Translations under genes and position numbers: made by a program
Shown: piece after piece, positions 36,926-46,620 of the stretch
Position numbering within the stretch: the first letter of the stretch is position 1
Layout of the letters: each line of letters starts with the position of its first letter
The notes under the pieces: model-generated
The model's database searches: none
The model's input: only the letters and a program-made list of their open reading frames with translations
Told to the model about the DNA's origin: nothing
Assembly (NCBI GenBank): GCA_015065925.1
Contig: SVPL01000003.1
Coordinates: 18,422 to 82,421, forward strand
Origin: Oscillospiraceae bacterium
Lineage (GTDB): Bacteria; Bacillota; Clostridia; Oscillospirales; Acutalibacteraceae
Direction of reading: 5' to 3'
Length of the DNA stretch: 64,000 nt

Positions 36926-37723
36926 ATGAAAATAACTGTTGTTCAACCAAAATACTACTCAGGTGATACCCCCGATGTGGTAATCGCCGATTTTTTAAAG
37001 GAAAAATTAACCGAGGTAGAACCAAACGGACTCATTGTACTACCCGAATACTCAAACGCAGGCGGTCTTTCTGACCCCAAAAAGGAGCTTTTAGCCCTGC
37101 CTCGTGCTGAAGAAATGCTAAAAATTGCATCTGAAGCGGCAAAAGAAAAATCTGCTTATGTTGTTATAAATGTTTTAGAAAAAAGAAATGGAGATATTAA
37201 AAACAGCTCTTACCTATTTAATAAATCAGGTGAAATTGCCTTTGTTTACGACAAAATCCACCTTCCCCCCTCAGAGGTAAAGCTGGGTGTTGCCTACGGT
37301 GACGGCAACTGCACCTGCGAGGTTGATGGTATTCGTTTTGGCTTTATGACCTGCTATGATGTTTACTACAACGAACAGATTGAACATATGGCAAAATTCA
37401 GACCTGATATTGTGGTAATTCCAGGATATCAAAGAGGTGAGCGCACCGATATTATCCGCGCTCAGGCAAAGCTTACTGCCTTCAGACTCAATTCCTTTGT
37501 TGCTCGTTCCTCCTACTCAATGGATGATGAAGACCACGGCGGCTGCTCTATGATAGTCGCTCCCGACGGCATAATTTTAAAGGATTTAGGTATGGAAGTG
37601 GGAACTGCTTCGGCAGAGGTTGACCCCCATTTTAAATATATGCGTTCAGCCGGCTTTGGGGAAGGTCTTGTGCCAAACGACCAGTTTATTTCCTCAGGTC
37701 TCAGAGCTGAAATATTTAAATAA
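36926..37723 (+). CDS. Carbon-nitrogen hydrolase (nitrilase superfamily) protein
   Basis: LPEY (Glu), a conserved Lys region, and FMTCYD (Cys) in the expected order. 265 aa. Confidence 0.75.
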   Translation: MKITVVQPKYYSGDTPDVVIADFLKEKLTEVEPNGLIVLPEYSNAGGLSDPKKELLALPRAEEMLKIASEAAKEKSAYVVINVLEKRNGDIKNSSYLFNKSGEIAFVYDKIHLPPSEVKLGVAYGDGNCTCEVDGIRFGFMTCYDVYYNEQIEHMAKFRPDIVVIPGYQRGERTDIIRAQAKLTAFRLNSFVARSSYSMDDEDHGGCSMIVAPDGIILKDLGMEVGTASAEVDPHFKYMRSAGFGEGLVPNDQFISSGLRAEIFK

Positions 37724-37748
37724 TTTATTAAAACAAAGGGGGATTTTT

Positions 37749-38891
37749 ATGGCTGATACGGCTCTGAATATTTTAGAACTTAAAAACAACAACAGAAACA
37801 GAATACTTGAGCTTTTGCGCTATAATCCCCTTAGTCGTGCCGAACTGAGCCAAAAAACGGGGCTTGCAAAATCCTCGGTAACCACCCTTACCGCTGAGAT
37901 GATTTCTGACGGAATTTTATGCGAGGCAGGGCTGGACAAACAAAACGGTTTAGTGGGCAGAAGACGAATTTTACTCGACATTAACGGTGATTACGGTTAT
38001 GTTTTTGGAATAAACCTCCACCGAAAAAGGATTGCTTTGTCGGCAGTCAATATAAAGGGTGAAGAGCTTTGGAGTCATTCCTTTGAAACCTGTAATCTTA
38101 ACAATCAAACCGCCCCCTTGCAAATAAAAAAAGCTCTGCTGCAAAAAAAGGCAGAGCTTACCTCGGGTAGACTTTTGGGAATAGGAATAGCCGCCCCGGG
38201 CCCTCTTGACTGCGAAAAAGGCATTATTTTAGAGCCGCCGAACTTTAAGCTTTTTAATAATTTTAATATAACCGATTTCCTTGAAAAGGAATTTGATTGC
38301 CCAGTTTTTTTGGAAAATGATGCCGCTACCCTTGCCACCGCCGAGCATTGTTACATAAAAAAGCAAAACGGCAGTAGTCTTTTTGTTACAATATCAGACG
38401 GAATAGGCTCGGCTCTTATGAAAAACGGCGACATTTATGGCGGTTCCCACGGTATTGCAGGGGAATTGGGGCATATTAGCATAGACCCCTTTGGAGAAAA
38501 ATGTCCCTGCGGAAACAGGGGCTGCTTAGAACAGTACGCAACTCTTTCGGCACTTAAAGCCCGTTTTGATATATCAGGCTGCCTTGACCTTTTGGATGAT
38601 GGAAAAAGCTCTGACGAGGGTAAAAAAGCCTTTGAATTTTTAGTAAACACCCTCGGCACCGCACTTGTTGGCGCCGTAAATCTTTTTGATTTGGATGCCG
38701 TTATAATCTACGGTGAATACAACCCTATTGCCCAAAGGCTTTCAAAAGCTTTGGAGGATTATATAAAAGCTCATTCGGTAATTTGCAAAGTGCATCCCGT
38801 AATGGTTATGCCCTCGGGACAGGATAGAAGCAAAGCCGCCTTTGCCGCCGCTATTCCCGCAATCAATAAATTTTTCAGTCAAAGTATTTAA
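37749..38891 (+). CDS. ROK-family transcriptional regulator
   Basis: N-terminal winged HTH (NRILELLRYNPLSRAELSQKTGLAKSSV). ROK motifs include GELGH and the zinc site CPCGNRGCLE. ATG at 37749 with an AAAGGGGG RBS. Confidence 0.88.
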   Translation: MADTALNILELKNNNRNRILELLRYNPLSRAELSQKTGLAKSSVTTLTAEMISDGILCEAGLDKQNGLVGRRRILLDINGDYGYVFGINLHRKRIALSAVNIKGEELWSHSFETCNLNNQTAPLQIKKALLQKKAELTSGRLLGIGIAAPGPLDCEKGIILEPPNFKLFNNFNITDFLEKEFDCPVFLENDAATLATAEHCYIKKQNGSSLFVTISDGIGSALMKNGDIYGGSHGIAGELGHISIDPFGEKCPCGNRGCLEQYATLSALKARFDISGCLDLLDDGKSSDEGKKAFEFLVNTLGTALVGAVNLFDLDAVIIYGEYNPIAQRLSKALEDYIKAHSVICKVHPVMVMPSGQDRSKAAFAAAIPAINKFFSQSI

Positions 38892-38940
38892 GTAGAAAAT
38901 ACAAAAATAAAGTTCCCGCAAATTGAATTTTAAAGATAAA

Positions 38941-38988
38941 AAACCGTAATAGAAACGCTTTGAATTTTGTTTCTATTACGGCTTTTTT
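38941..38988. terminator. Hairpin terminator of the same repeat family, copy 2 (inverted orientation)
   Basis: CCGTAATAGAAAC (38944-38956) pairs with GTTTCTATTACGG (38969-38981), then CTTTTTT. The loop is related to the reverse complement of the copy 1 loop. Confidence 0.8.
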
Positions 38989-39009
38989 ATTTATTCATTT
39001 GTATTTATT

Positions 39010-41058
39010 TTATTCCTGATTTGCTTTTTGAATTATTTTTTGCTGAATGGGTGCAGGTGCATCCTCATATCTTGCAAATTCGGTGGTAAATGTGCCCCTA
39101 CCCTGAGTTATTGAGCGCATTGCCGTAGAGAAATCTCCCATTTCTGCCATAGGAACCTCTGCCATAACCTCTTGCTTATGACCGCTTAAGGGATTCATAC
39201 CAATAACTCTGCCGCGGCGCTTATTAATATCACCTATAACATCACCAAGGTTATCATCAGGAACAATGGCGGTGAGTGTTCCAATAGGCTCTAAAATTGT
39301 GGGTGAAGCGTTGGAAATACCTTCCTTAAAGGCAATGGAAGCGGCGGTTTTAAATGCCATTTCAGAGGAGTCAACAGGGTGGTATGAACCGTCTACCAAA
39401 ACTGCCTTAACGCCTACCATTGGGTATCCTGCCAAAACGCCCTTCTTCATAGACTCCTGAAGTCCCTTTTCAACTGCGGGGAAGAAGTTTTTGGGAACGG
39501 CACCACCAAAAATGCGTTCCTCGAATACAAGTCCGTCATCATCACAGGGTGAAAATTCAATCCAAACATCGCCAAACTGACCGTGACCGCCCGACTGCTT
39601 TTTGTGTCTACCCTGAACCTTAACCGACTTGCGGATGGTTTCACGGTAGGCAACTGCGGGGATTTTAAGCTCAACCTCAACACCGAATTTGGCTTTGAGC
39701 TTGGAAACAATAACATCTAAATGCTGCTCACCAAGACCGGATAAAACAGCTTCTTTAGTTTCGTGGTTGGTTTTGTAGGTAACGGTGGGGTCTTCCTCTG
39801 CCAAACGCAAAAGACCTGCGGCAATTTTTTCTTCGTCACCCTTTTTCTTAGGATATACTGCCATAGAAAGGGTTGGATTGGGGAAGGGTACCGTAACGGC
39901 TGTAACAACCTCACCTGCCGAAAGGGTATCGCCTGTAATAACATTGCCAAGCTTGGATGCGCAACCAATATCACCTGCTATAATGGCTTCAGCATCCTCC
40001 TGCTTGCCCGCCTTTATGTAGGAAATCTTAGAAAGCTTTTCTTCCTCGCCTGTGCGACTTATTTTAACCTTCATATCGCCCTTGAAGGTGCCTTTGAGAA
40101 CCTTGAAGTAAGAAAGCTTACCAACAAATGGGTCGGCAATTGTTTTGAAAACTACTGCGGTTGCGGCGCCGTCGGGAGTGCTGTAAGCAACCTCCATATC
40201 CTCGCCTTTTTGGATTTTAAAGGGAACATCAGCGGGAGAAGGTAAAATCTCTGCAAGAACATCAAGCATAGGAATAATGCCGTCGCCGCTTTGACCAATT
40301 CCGCTGAATACAGGGCAAATATCCCCTGAAAGCATACCCTTTTTAAGACCGTCTATAATCTCCTGCTCGGTTAATTCCTCGCCCGAGAAGTATTTTTCCA
40401 TAAGCTCCTCATCGGCAGAGGCAACGGCTTCTATCATCATACTGCGCATAGCTTCAATATTTTCGTCGGTAGCGGCTTCACATTCCTTGGGAGTAATACC
40501 GTCAAAGGTGTAGCCCTTACCGTTAATAAGATTAACGAAGGATACAACATGGTCACCCTCAACAACAGGCACAAATACGGGGCAAATAACGGCGCCGTAG
40601 CGACCTGTAAGTATGGAAACTATACGGTAAAAATGTGCGTGAGAGGAATCTAACTTAGATACGAAGAATGCAGTAGCCTTGCCCTGCTCACGAGCCAATT
40701 CATAGCATTGCTCTGCGCCAACTGTAAGTCCCGATTTACCTGAAAGCACTATTAAAGCCGATTCCGAAGCTGTTAAAGCCTCACGAACACCCGATGCAAA
40801 GTCAAAAAGACCGGGAGCATCTAAAAGGTTGATTTTTTTATCCTTCCATTCCAGAGGGTAAACAGAGGTAACAACCGATGTTCCGCGTTTTTTCTCCTCT
40901 GCATCATAGTCCATTACTGTTGTGCCTTCGGCAGTTTTACCGATACGGTCGGTTCCGCCTGCGGCAAAAATCATAGCATCAGCCACGGTAGTTTTTCCCG
41001 AACTCGCGTGACCAAGGATGCTTAAATTCTTAATAAATTCGGTTTGATACTGTTTCAT
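39010..41058 (-). CDS. EF-G paralog with divergent GTPase motifs
   Basis: It is collinear with EF-G over its full length (682 aa). G1 is GHASSGKT. G3 is DAPGL instead of DTPGH. G4 is SKLD instead of NKMD. Confidence 0.85.
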   Translation of the reverse strand: MKQYQTEFIKNLSILGHASSGKTTVADAMIFAAGGTDRIGKTAEGTTVMDYDAEEKKRGTSVVTSVYPLEWKDKKINLLDAPGLFDFASGVREALTASESALIVLSGKSGLTVGAEQCYELAREQGKATAFFVSKLDSSHAHFYRIVSILTGRYGAVICPVFVPVVEGDHVVSFVNLINGKGYTFDGITPKECEAATDENIEAMRSMMIEAVASADEELMEKYFSGEELTEQEIIDGLKKGMLSGDICPVFSGIGQSGDGIIPMLDVLAEILPSPADVPFKIQKGEDMEVAYSTPDGAATAVVFKTIADPFVGKLSYFKVLKGTFKGDMKVKISRTGEEEKLSKISYIKAGKQEDAEAIIAGDIGCASKLGNVITGDTLSAGEVVTAVTVPFPNPTLSMAVYPKKKGDEEKIAAGLLRLAEEDPTVTYKTNHETKEAVLSGLGEQHLDVIVSKLKAKFGVEVELKIPAVAYRETIRKSVKVQGRHKKQSGGHGQFGDVWIEFSPCDDDGLVFEERIFGGAVPKNFFPAVEKGLQESMKKGVLAGYPMVGVKAVLVDGSYHPVDSSEMAFKTAASIAFKEGISNASPTILEPIGTLTAIVPDDNLGDVIGDINKRRGRVIGMNPLSGHKQEVMAEVPMAEMGDFSTAMRSITQGRGTFTTEFARYEDAPAPIQQKIIQKANQE

Positions 41059-41179
41059 TGTGGTTAACCCCTTTGCTTATGAGATATTTTACACCGACCA
41101 AAATGTCGGATTAACATATTTTCTTCTGTTATTAGGGAATTTTTGCCCTGCTTAGCATCGGAAAAGGTGTTATAGATTG

Positions 41180-41208
41180 ATTATAACACACTGTTTTGTT
41201 ATTTTCAA
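41180..41208 (-). promoter_or_regulatory. Sigma-A promoter of the EF-G paralog (minus strand)
   Basis: On the minus strand: TTGAAA, 17-nt spacer, TGtTATAAT. Confidence 0.55.
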
Positions 41209-41336
41209 CTAATTTTTATAAAAAAAGTTAAATTTTTTTAGTAAAAATAAAGCAGAAAGGAAATTATCACATTTTTGTAAATTTTGTAATAGTAAAAAGC
41301 TCTATTGCATATATTTTTAAAAACGGAGGAATTGTA

Positions 41337-41966
41337 ATGAAAAACACAAGCAGTAAAATAACAAAAAACAAGACAAGCGTTTTAGAGCTTATAAATCAAA
41401 ATAACTCCCTTATATTTATGGTATTTTGCCTGATACTGGGCTTTTTAGCGGGAGTTCTTATTTTCAAAACCAAAAGCATAGCAGAGGGGTATTATTCCAA
41501 AGAGTTTATAAATTTATACAATGAGTTAAATTCGGGGTTTGTTTTGGCAATTTTAAACTCCTTTTTGGAGCAACTACCCTTTGTAGCTGCGATTTTTCTT
41601 TCGGGGACTTGTATGGTTGGAACGGTTTTGGTACCCTCAGCATTAGTGGTAAGGGGCGCCGTTTACGGTATGATATTTGCCTATGCCTATTTTACATACG
41701 GATTAATGGGTATAGTATTCAGTCTTTTGATTTTAATTCCCTCGGCGGTAATATCCTCCATAGGTTTTATTTTATCCTCCCGCGAGGCGGTGGGATTTTC
41801 ACTTTCTCTTGCCCGACTTGCCTTTCCCGAAACAAAAAAGCCACACATTGAGCAGGACTTTAAGCTATATTGTATGCGTCAGCTGTTTGTAATGATTTTC
41901 TTTGTGACCTCGGCATTTGTGCAGGGACTTATGTCAGTTTCATTTATATCGTTTTTTAAGTTTTAA
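41337..41966 (+). CDS. spoIIM: SpoIIM-like integral membrane protein (stage II sporulation protein M family)
   Basis: 209 aa with 5-6 TM helices. The N-terminal region with one TM helix, then a soluble stretch, then a TM bundle resembles SpoIIM/DUF95. Confidence 0.55.
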   Translation: MKNTSSKITKNKTSVLELINQNNSLIFMVFCLILGFLAGVLIFKTKSIAEGYYSKEFINLYNELNSGFVLAILNSFLEQLPFVAAIFLSGTCMVGTVLVPSALVVRGAVYGMIFAYAYFTYGLMGIVFSLLILIPSAVISSIGFILSSREAVGFSLSLARLAFPETKKPHIEQDFKLYCMRQLFVMIFFVTSAFVQGLMSVSFISFFKF

Positions 41967-42046
41967 TATTTAAAATTTTTCACATAACTTAATTTTAAAA
42001 CTGAAAATATTATATGTTGGTTACAATACTGTAACCCTTTAAACAC

Positions 42047-42074
42047 TTGACTTTTTTGTGGAAAAATGTATAAT
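42047..42074 (+). promoter_or_regulatory. Candidate promoter of the 42183 gene, preceded by an 18-bp palindrome
   Basis: TTGACT, 16-nt spacer, TATAAT. The palindrome GGTTACAATACTGTAACC lies at 42019-42036. Confidence 0.5.
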
Positions 42075-42182
42075 ACAAATATAGATTTTCTGAGCTGAAA
42101 ATAGGTTTTGTAGCCCAAAAAAATTCACACTCAATATATTGTGTATTTTTCAAAAATATCGTTTTAAGGAGGTTTTAAAAAA

Positions 42183-43265
42183 ATGCTTGGTTGGGTACTT
42201 TTTAGCGAAAAAGATTTATTCCTTCGCTTTACAATGTCGTCGGTTGGCTCGGTAGAAAAAACACCCTACGCTTTAGGTGGCGCACTAACAGATTTCACCG
42301 CCGTAAGCCCTCAGATTTCCGAAAAGCTTTTTTTAATTCTTCGCAAAAAATTTGTAACGGATGTTTCAAGCCGTATTGACACCCCCACAATGGGCGCCTA
42401 TGTTCCCTTTCTTCGCAAGGCGCTTGAAACCAACCCATATTTATTTCTCTACCTTAAATTTTATGCCGAGTGCCTTATTTTAAGCTGTAGCAATAAAGAC
42501 GGTTTAAAATCGGTTTTGGGTGAATTTTTATGTGATGAAATAGCCAACGAATTTTTACCCTCTATGCTTTTAACCAACGATGCCGACCAAACAGCCGAAT
42601 GGCTTGCCGCCGTTATTGGTAAGGATATGGAGTTCCGTCGCAGTCGCACAAAGTCTCATATTGATGATATTGTATCTCCCGATAGCAGTCTTGCAAAGTA
42701 CACACCCGCCCAAAGACTGTATATTCTAAGGTGTGAAAACGGCAGTGGACTTGGGGGTAGCTTTAAAATGCAAATCTCCAGCGAGTTCGATTTTGACCGA
42801 AATGCAAATCTTGGCACCGTAAAGGCATCTCTTATTGATAATCCAAGCACGGTTATGCCCGAATTTGAAATTAACACCCCCGATGACCTTATTGCTCTTG
42901 AGCTATTACACACCGTAAAGGGTGAGCTTCCAATTAAAAAGTGCCGCTGCTGCGGTGAATATTTTGTTCCCACAGGCAGAAGCGACAGTGAATACTGTAG
43001 CAGAATAAGTCTGGGTGAAAACAAGCGCTGTGCCCAAATCGGCGCAATGCGTACCTTCAAGGGCAAGTATGCCGAAAACCCCATTTATGCCGAATACAAT
43101 CGCGCCTATAAGCGAAACCACTCCCGACTTCGCAACGGCAAGCTTTATGATGAGGAGTTCAGGGATTGGTCGCTAGCCGCCCGAAAGGCAAGGGACGAAT
43201 TTATTGCCCAAAACAAGACGGTGGAGCAATTCCGACTTCGCCTTACAGAACTTGAAATTGACTAA
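42183..43265 (+). CDS. Protein of unknown function with a C-terminal Cys cluster (CRCCGEYF...YCS...C), DUF6076-like
   Basis: AAGGAGG RBS. 360 aa. The Cys cluster is followed by a basic helical tail. The family name is from memory only. Confidence 0.45.
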   Translation: MLGWVLFSEKDLFLRFTMSSVGSVEKTPYALGGALTDFTAVSPQISEKLFLILRKKFVTDVSSRIDTPTMGAYVPFLRKALETNPYLFLYLKFYAECLILSCSNKDGLKSVLGEFLCDEIANEFLPSMLLTNDADQTAEWLAAVIGKDMEFRRSRTKSHIDDIVSPDSSLAKYTPAQRLYILRCENGSGLGGSFKMQISSEFDFDRNANLGTVKASLIDNPSTVMPEFEINTPDDLIALELLHTVKGELPIKKCRCCGEYFVPTGRSDSEYCSRISLGENKRCAQIGAMRTFKGKYAENPIYAEYNRAYKRNHSRLRNGKLYDEEFRDWSLAARKARDEFIAQNKTVEQFRLRLTELEID

Positions 43266-43270
43266 ATCTA

Positions 43271-43305
43271 TGGGTGTTGCAATAGAGTAACACCCTTTCT
43301 CTTTT
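43271..43305 (+). terminator. Hairpin plus T-rich tract immediately upstream of metH
   Basis: GGGTGTT (43272-43278) pairs with AACACCC (43289-43295), followed by TTTCTCTTTT. Confidence 0.55.
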
Positions 43306-43318
43306 AGGAGTGATTTTT

Positions 43319-45703
43319 GTGACAGTAATAGAAAAACTAAAAAACGGCTTCACCATACTTGATGGTGCTATGGGTACCGAGCTTCAAAAAATAGGACTTG
43401 AGGCGGGAGAGCTCCCCGAAGAAATGAATATAAAAAATCCTTTAGCCGTAACGGGCATACACAAAAGGTATTTTGAGGCGGGCAGCGATATAGTTGCAAC
43501 CAATACCTTTGGGGCAAACTCCCTTAAATTCGGGGAGGATTTAGAGCAGATTATTTCTGCCGCCGTAAAATGCGCAAAATCTGCCGCCGAGGAATATTCC
43601 CATATAAAGCCACGATTTGTAGGGTTGGATGTTGGCCCCCTTGGCAAAATGCTGAAGCCTCTTGGTGATTTGGATTTTGAAGAAGCGGTAGAGATTTTTG
43701 CAAAAACGGTAAAAATAGGTGCGAAATGCGGCGTAGACCTTATTATGATTGAAACTATGAACGACGCCTACGAAACCAAAGCGGCAGTTTTAGCGGCAAA
43801 GGAAAACTGCGATTTGCCCGTTTTTGTAACCAATGTTTATGATGAATCAGGTAAGCTTATGACAGGTGCCAACCCTCTTGCAATGGTTACAATGCTTGAG
43901 GGACTAAGGGTAGACGCTTTAGGTCTTAACTGTTCTTTAGGCCCTGCGGGGATGAAAGATATTGTTAAAGAGCTTACAAAATACTCCTCTCTGCCCGTAA
44001 TTGTAAAGCCTAACGCGGGACTTCCCACGGTGGCTGACGGAAAAACTGTTTATAATGTTTCCCCCAATGATTTTGCTAAAGAAATGGGCGAGCTTGCCGA
44101 TATGGGCGCCACCCTTTTAGGCGGATGCTGTGGTACCAATCCCGAATATATCACAGCCCTTTGCAAAGTCCTTGAAAAAAAAGAATATAAGGCTCCCGAA
44201 AAAAAAGATTTCACCGCCGTTTCCTCATACACTCACGGTGTGATTTTTAAAGATAAACCCATTTTAATAGGTGAAAGAATAAATCCCACAGGTAAAAAGC
44301 GCTTTAAACAGGCTCTGCTGGAAAACGATATACCCTACCTTCTAAAGGAGGGTATAAATCAGGCAGAAAAGGGCGTGGATATTTTAGATGTTAATGTAGG
44401 GCTTCCCGAAATTGACGAAGCAGAGTTTATAAAACGCGCCGTTTTCGAGCTTCAGGCAATTTTAGATTTGCCCCTGCAAATAGATAGCGCTCTGCCCGAA
44501 GCGTTGGAGAATGCGCTTAGAATTTATAACGGCAAGGCTATGATAAACTCTGTGAACGGCAAAAGGGAAAGTATGAACGCAGTTTTCCCCCTTGCGGCAA
44601 AATACGGCGGACTTATTGTTGCTTTAACTCTTGACGAAACGGGAATCCCCAAAACCGCCGAGGAAAGGGTAGCAATTGCCGAAAAAATAATAAATGAGGC
44701 TGAAAAATACGGCATAGATAAAAAGGATATTATTATTGATCCCCTTGCAATGGCTGTTTCTGCCGAGCCTACTGCCGCCACCGAAACCCTGAGGGCGGTT
44801 GAAATACTGACCAAAAAAGGAATAAAAACCAGTCTTGGTGTTTCAAATGTTTCCTTTGGACTGCCAAACCGCGATTTTATAACCTCCTCTTTTTTCACAA
44901 TGGCGCTTCAAAAGGGGCTTAGTGCCGCCATTATGAATCCACATTCATTGGAAATGCAAAAGGCGTACAGCAGTTTTCTGGCTCTTACGGGCAAGGATGA
45001 AGCCTTTGCTGATTATATTGATTTTGCGAGCAAAATCTTGGTAGATAACACCGCCTCCATAGAAAAATCCCCCTCTAAAGAGGGTACGGTAGAGGGTGTT
45101 TATGGCGCCATAGTTAAAGGGCTTAAGGCAGAGGCGGCAACAAAAACCGCCGAGCTGCTTAAATCCACCCAGCCTATGGAGGTTATAAACTCCCACATAA
45201 TCCCCGCCTTGGATGAGGTTGGAAGGGGCTTTGAAAACAAAACCGTTTATCTGCCACAGCTTTTAATGAGCGCCGAAGCCGCCACCGCCGCCTTTGATGA
45301 GGTTAAAAAGCTTATTAAAAAGGGTGACTCGGCAAAGGGCAAAAAAATAATACTCGCTACCGTAAAGGGCGACATTCACGATATTGGCAAAAATATTGTG
45401 AAGGTTCTGCTTGAAAATTACGGCTTTGAGGTTATAGATTTAGGTCGTGATGTACCGCCTGAGGTAGTTTTGGAAAAGGTGCTTGAAACGGGTGCGACAC
45501 TTGTCGGGCTTTCTGCCCTTATGACCACCACCGTCCCCGCTATGGAGCAAACAATATCTCTTTTGAAAAGGGAATGTCCTAATGTTAAAACAATGGTTGG
45601 CGGAGCAGTTTTAACAAAGGAATATGCAGATTCTATAGGAGCTTCATTTTACGGCAAAACGGCTATGGATTCGGTGCGATATGCAGAAAAATTAAATCGA
45701 TAA
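43319..45703 (+). CDS. metH: Methionine synthase, short form (Hcy-binding, pterin-binding and B12-binding modules; no C-terminal reactivation domain)
   Basis: ILDGAMGTELQ and GGCCGT (Hcy/Zn site), a pterin-binding barrel, and the DxHxxG motif (GDIHDIGKN). GTG start at 43319 with an AGGAG RBS. The ORF-track start is 43310. Confidence 0.88.
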   Translation: MTVIEKLKNGFTILDGAMGTELQKIGLEAGELPEEMNIKNPLAVTGIHKRYFEAGSDIVATNTFGANSLKFGEDLEQIISAAVKCAKSAAEEYSHIKPRFVGLDVGPLGKMLKPLGDLDFEEAVEIFAKTVKIGAKCGVDLIMIETMNDAYETKAAVLAAKENCDLPVFVTNVYDESGKLMTGANPLAMVTMLEGLRVDALGLNCSLGPAGMKDIVKELTKYSSLPVIVKPNAGLPTVADGKTVYNVSPNDFAKEMGELADMGATLLGGCCGTNPEYITALCKVLEKKEYKAPEKKDFTAVSSYTHGVIFKDKPILIGERINPTGKKRFKQALLENDIPYLLKEGINQAEKGVDILDVNVGLPEIDEAEFIKRAVFELQAILDLPLQIDSALPEALENALRIYNGKAMINSVNGKRESMNAVFPLAAKYGGLIVALTLDETGIPKTAEERVAIAEKIINEAEKYGIDKKDIIIDPLAMAVSAEPTAATETLRAVEILTKKGIKTSLGVSNVSFGLPNRDFITSSFFTMALQKGLSAAIMNPHSLEMQKAYSSFLALTGKDEAFADYIDFASKILVDNTASIEKSPSKEGTVEGVYGAIVKGLKAEAATKTAELLKSTQPMEVINSHIIPALDEVGRGFENKTVYLPQLLMSAEAATAAFDEVKKLIKKGDSAKGKKIILATVKGDIHDIGKNIVKVLLENYGFEVIDLGRDVPPEVVLEKVLETGATLVGLSALMTTTVPAMEQTISLLKRECPNVKTMVGGAVLTKEYADSIGASFYGKTAMDSVRYAEKLNR

Positions 45704-45705
45704 AT

Positions 45706-45742
45706 AAATCCCCCAAAAATGCTATTTTGGGGGATTGTTTTT
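45706..45742. terminator. Bidirectional terminator overlapping the 3' end of the AraC gene
   Basis: AATCCCCCAAAAT pairs with ATTTTGGGGGATT, followed by GTTTTT. Confidence 0.7.
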
Positions 45743-46492
45743 ATATTTTTGGGGTGACATACCTACATATTCTTTAAACTGTCGGCTAAAAAAGTACAAA
45801 TCGTCAAAGCCACTCATTTCGGCGGTTTGGCTTACCGAATATTCACCGCTTTTAAGCAGGTCTGAGGCGTAGTTTACTTTAAGCTGAATTATGTACCGTT
45901 TAGGTGAAATTCCGTATTTTTGACTAAAAATCCGTTGAAAATAGCTATAGCTTATCCCACATAATTCTGCCAAATGCTCACAGGATATATTTTCGGTTAA
46001 AAATTTTTCCTCAATATATTTTACAGCGGGTTTAATTTTTAAAAAATTACTTTCGGGAATATAGTTCTTTTTTTCAAGCTCGGCAAAAATTTTGTAAAGC
46101 AGAGAAATACATTCAAATTTGTAGCCCGCGTCCCTCTTTATATAACTTGAAAACGCCTTGTTAAACAGGGAATTAAGCCTACTGCTCTGAATGTTGTTGA
46201 TTATAACAGGCTCTGTGAAAAAAGGTCGGTCGGTTAGAAAAAATATATCTATAAAATAATCGGGCTCGTCATATTCGGCAGTATATTTTCCGCCGTTTTT
46301 AAAGGGCAAAATATGTACACTGTTTGGGGTGGTTTTAAGCACCTTACCATCAAAATTTACGGTAGAATACCCGTTGGGACGGTAGATTATTTCGTTAGAA
46401 ATTAAATTAGGAGAATATTCTACAAATCCGTTTTTATATTTCTTTTCATCGGTTTTTCGCACAGAAACAATATCTGTTATAATAAAATTCAT
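45722..46492 (-). CDS. AraC-family transcriptional regulator
   Basis: C-terminal double HTH (LAELCGISYSYFQRIFSQKYGISPKRY ... FDDLYFFSRQFKEYVGMSPQKY). Confidence 0.88.
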   Translation of the reverse strand: MNFIITDIVSVRKTDEKKYKNGFVEYSPNLISNEIIYRPNGYSTVNFDGKVLKTTPNSVHILPFKNGGKYTAEYDEPDYFIDIFFLTDRPFFTEPVIINNIQSSRLNSLFNKAFSSYIKRDAGYKFECISLLYKIFAELEKKNYIPESNFLKIKPAVKYIEEKFLTENISCEHLAELCGISYSYFQRIFSQKYGISPKRYIIQLKVNYASDLLKSGEYSVSQTAEMSGFDDLYFFSRQFKEYVGMSPQKYKNNPPK

Positions 46493-46588
46493 AAAATCAC
46501 CAAGGCTATTTTACGATATTTTAAGGTAAAAATCAACTTAAAAAGCTAAATTTTGTGTAGAAAAGTGCAAATTTATTGCTATGTGCAT

Positions 46589-46616
46589 TTGATTTAAATA
46601 AAAAATCAAATATAAT
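46589..46616 (+). promoter_or_regulatory. Candidate promoter of the GH2 gene
   Basis: TTGATT (46589-46594), 16-nt spacer, TATAAT (46611-46616). Confidence 0.5.
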
Positions 46617-46620
46617 TACC

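Noticed and set aside
39763-40245. 160-aa and 78-aa plus-strand ORFs inside the EF-G paralog
   Set aside because: They are antisense to a clearly coding region and have no start context.
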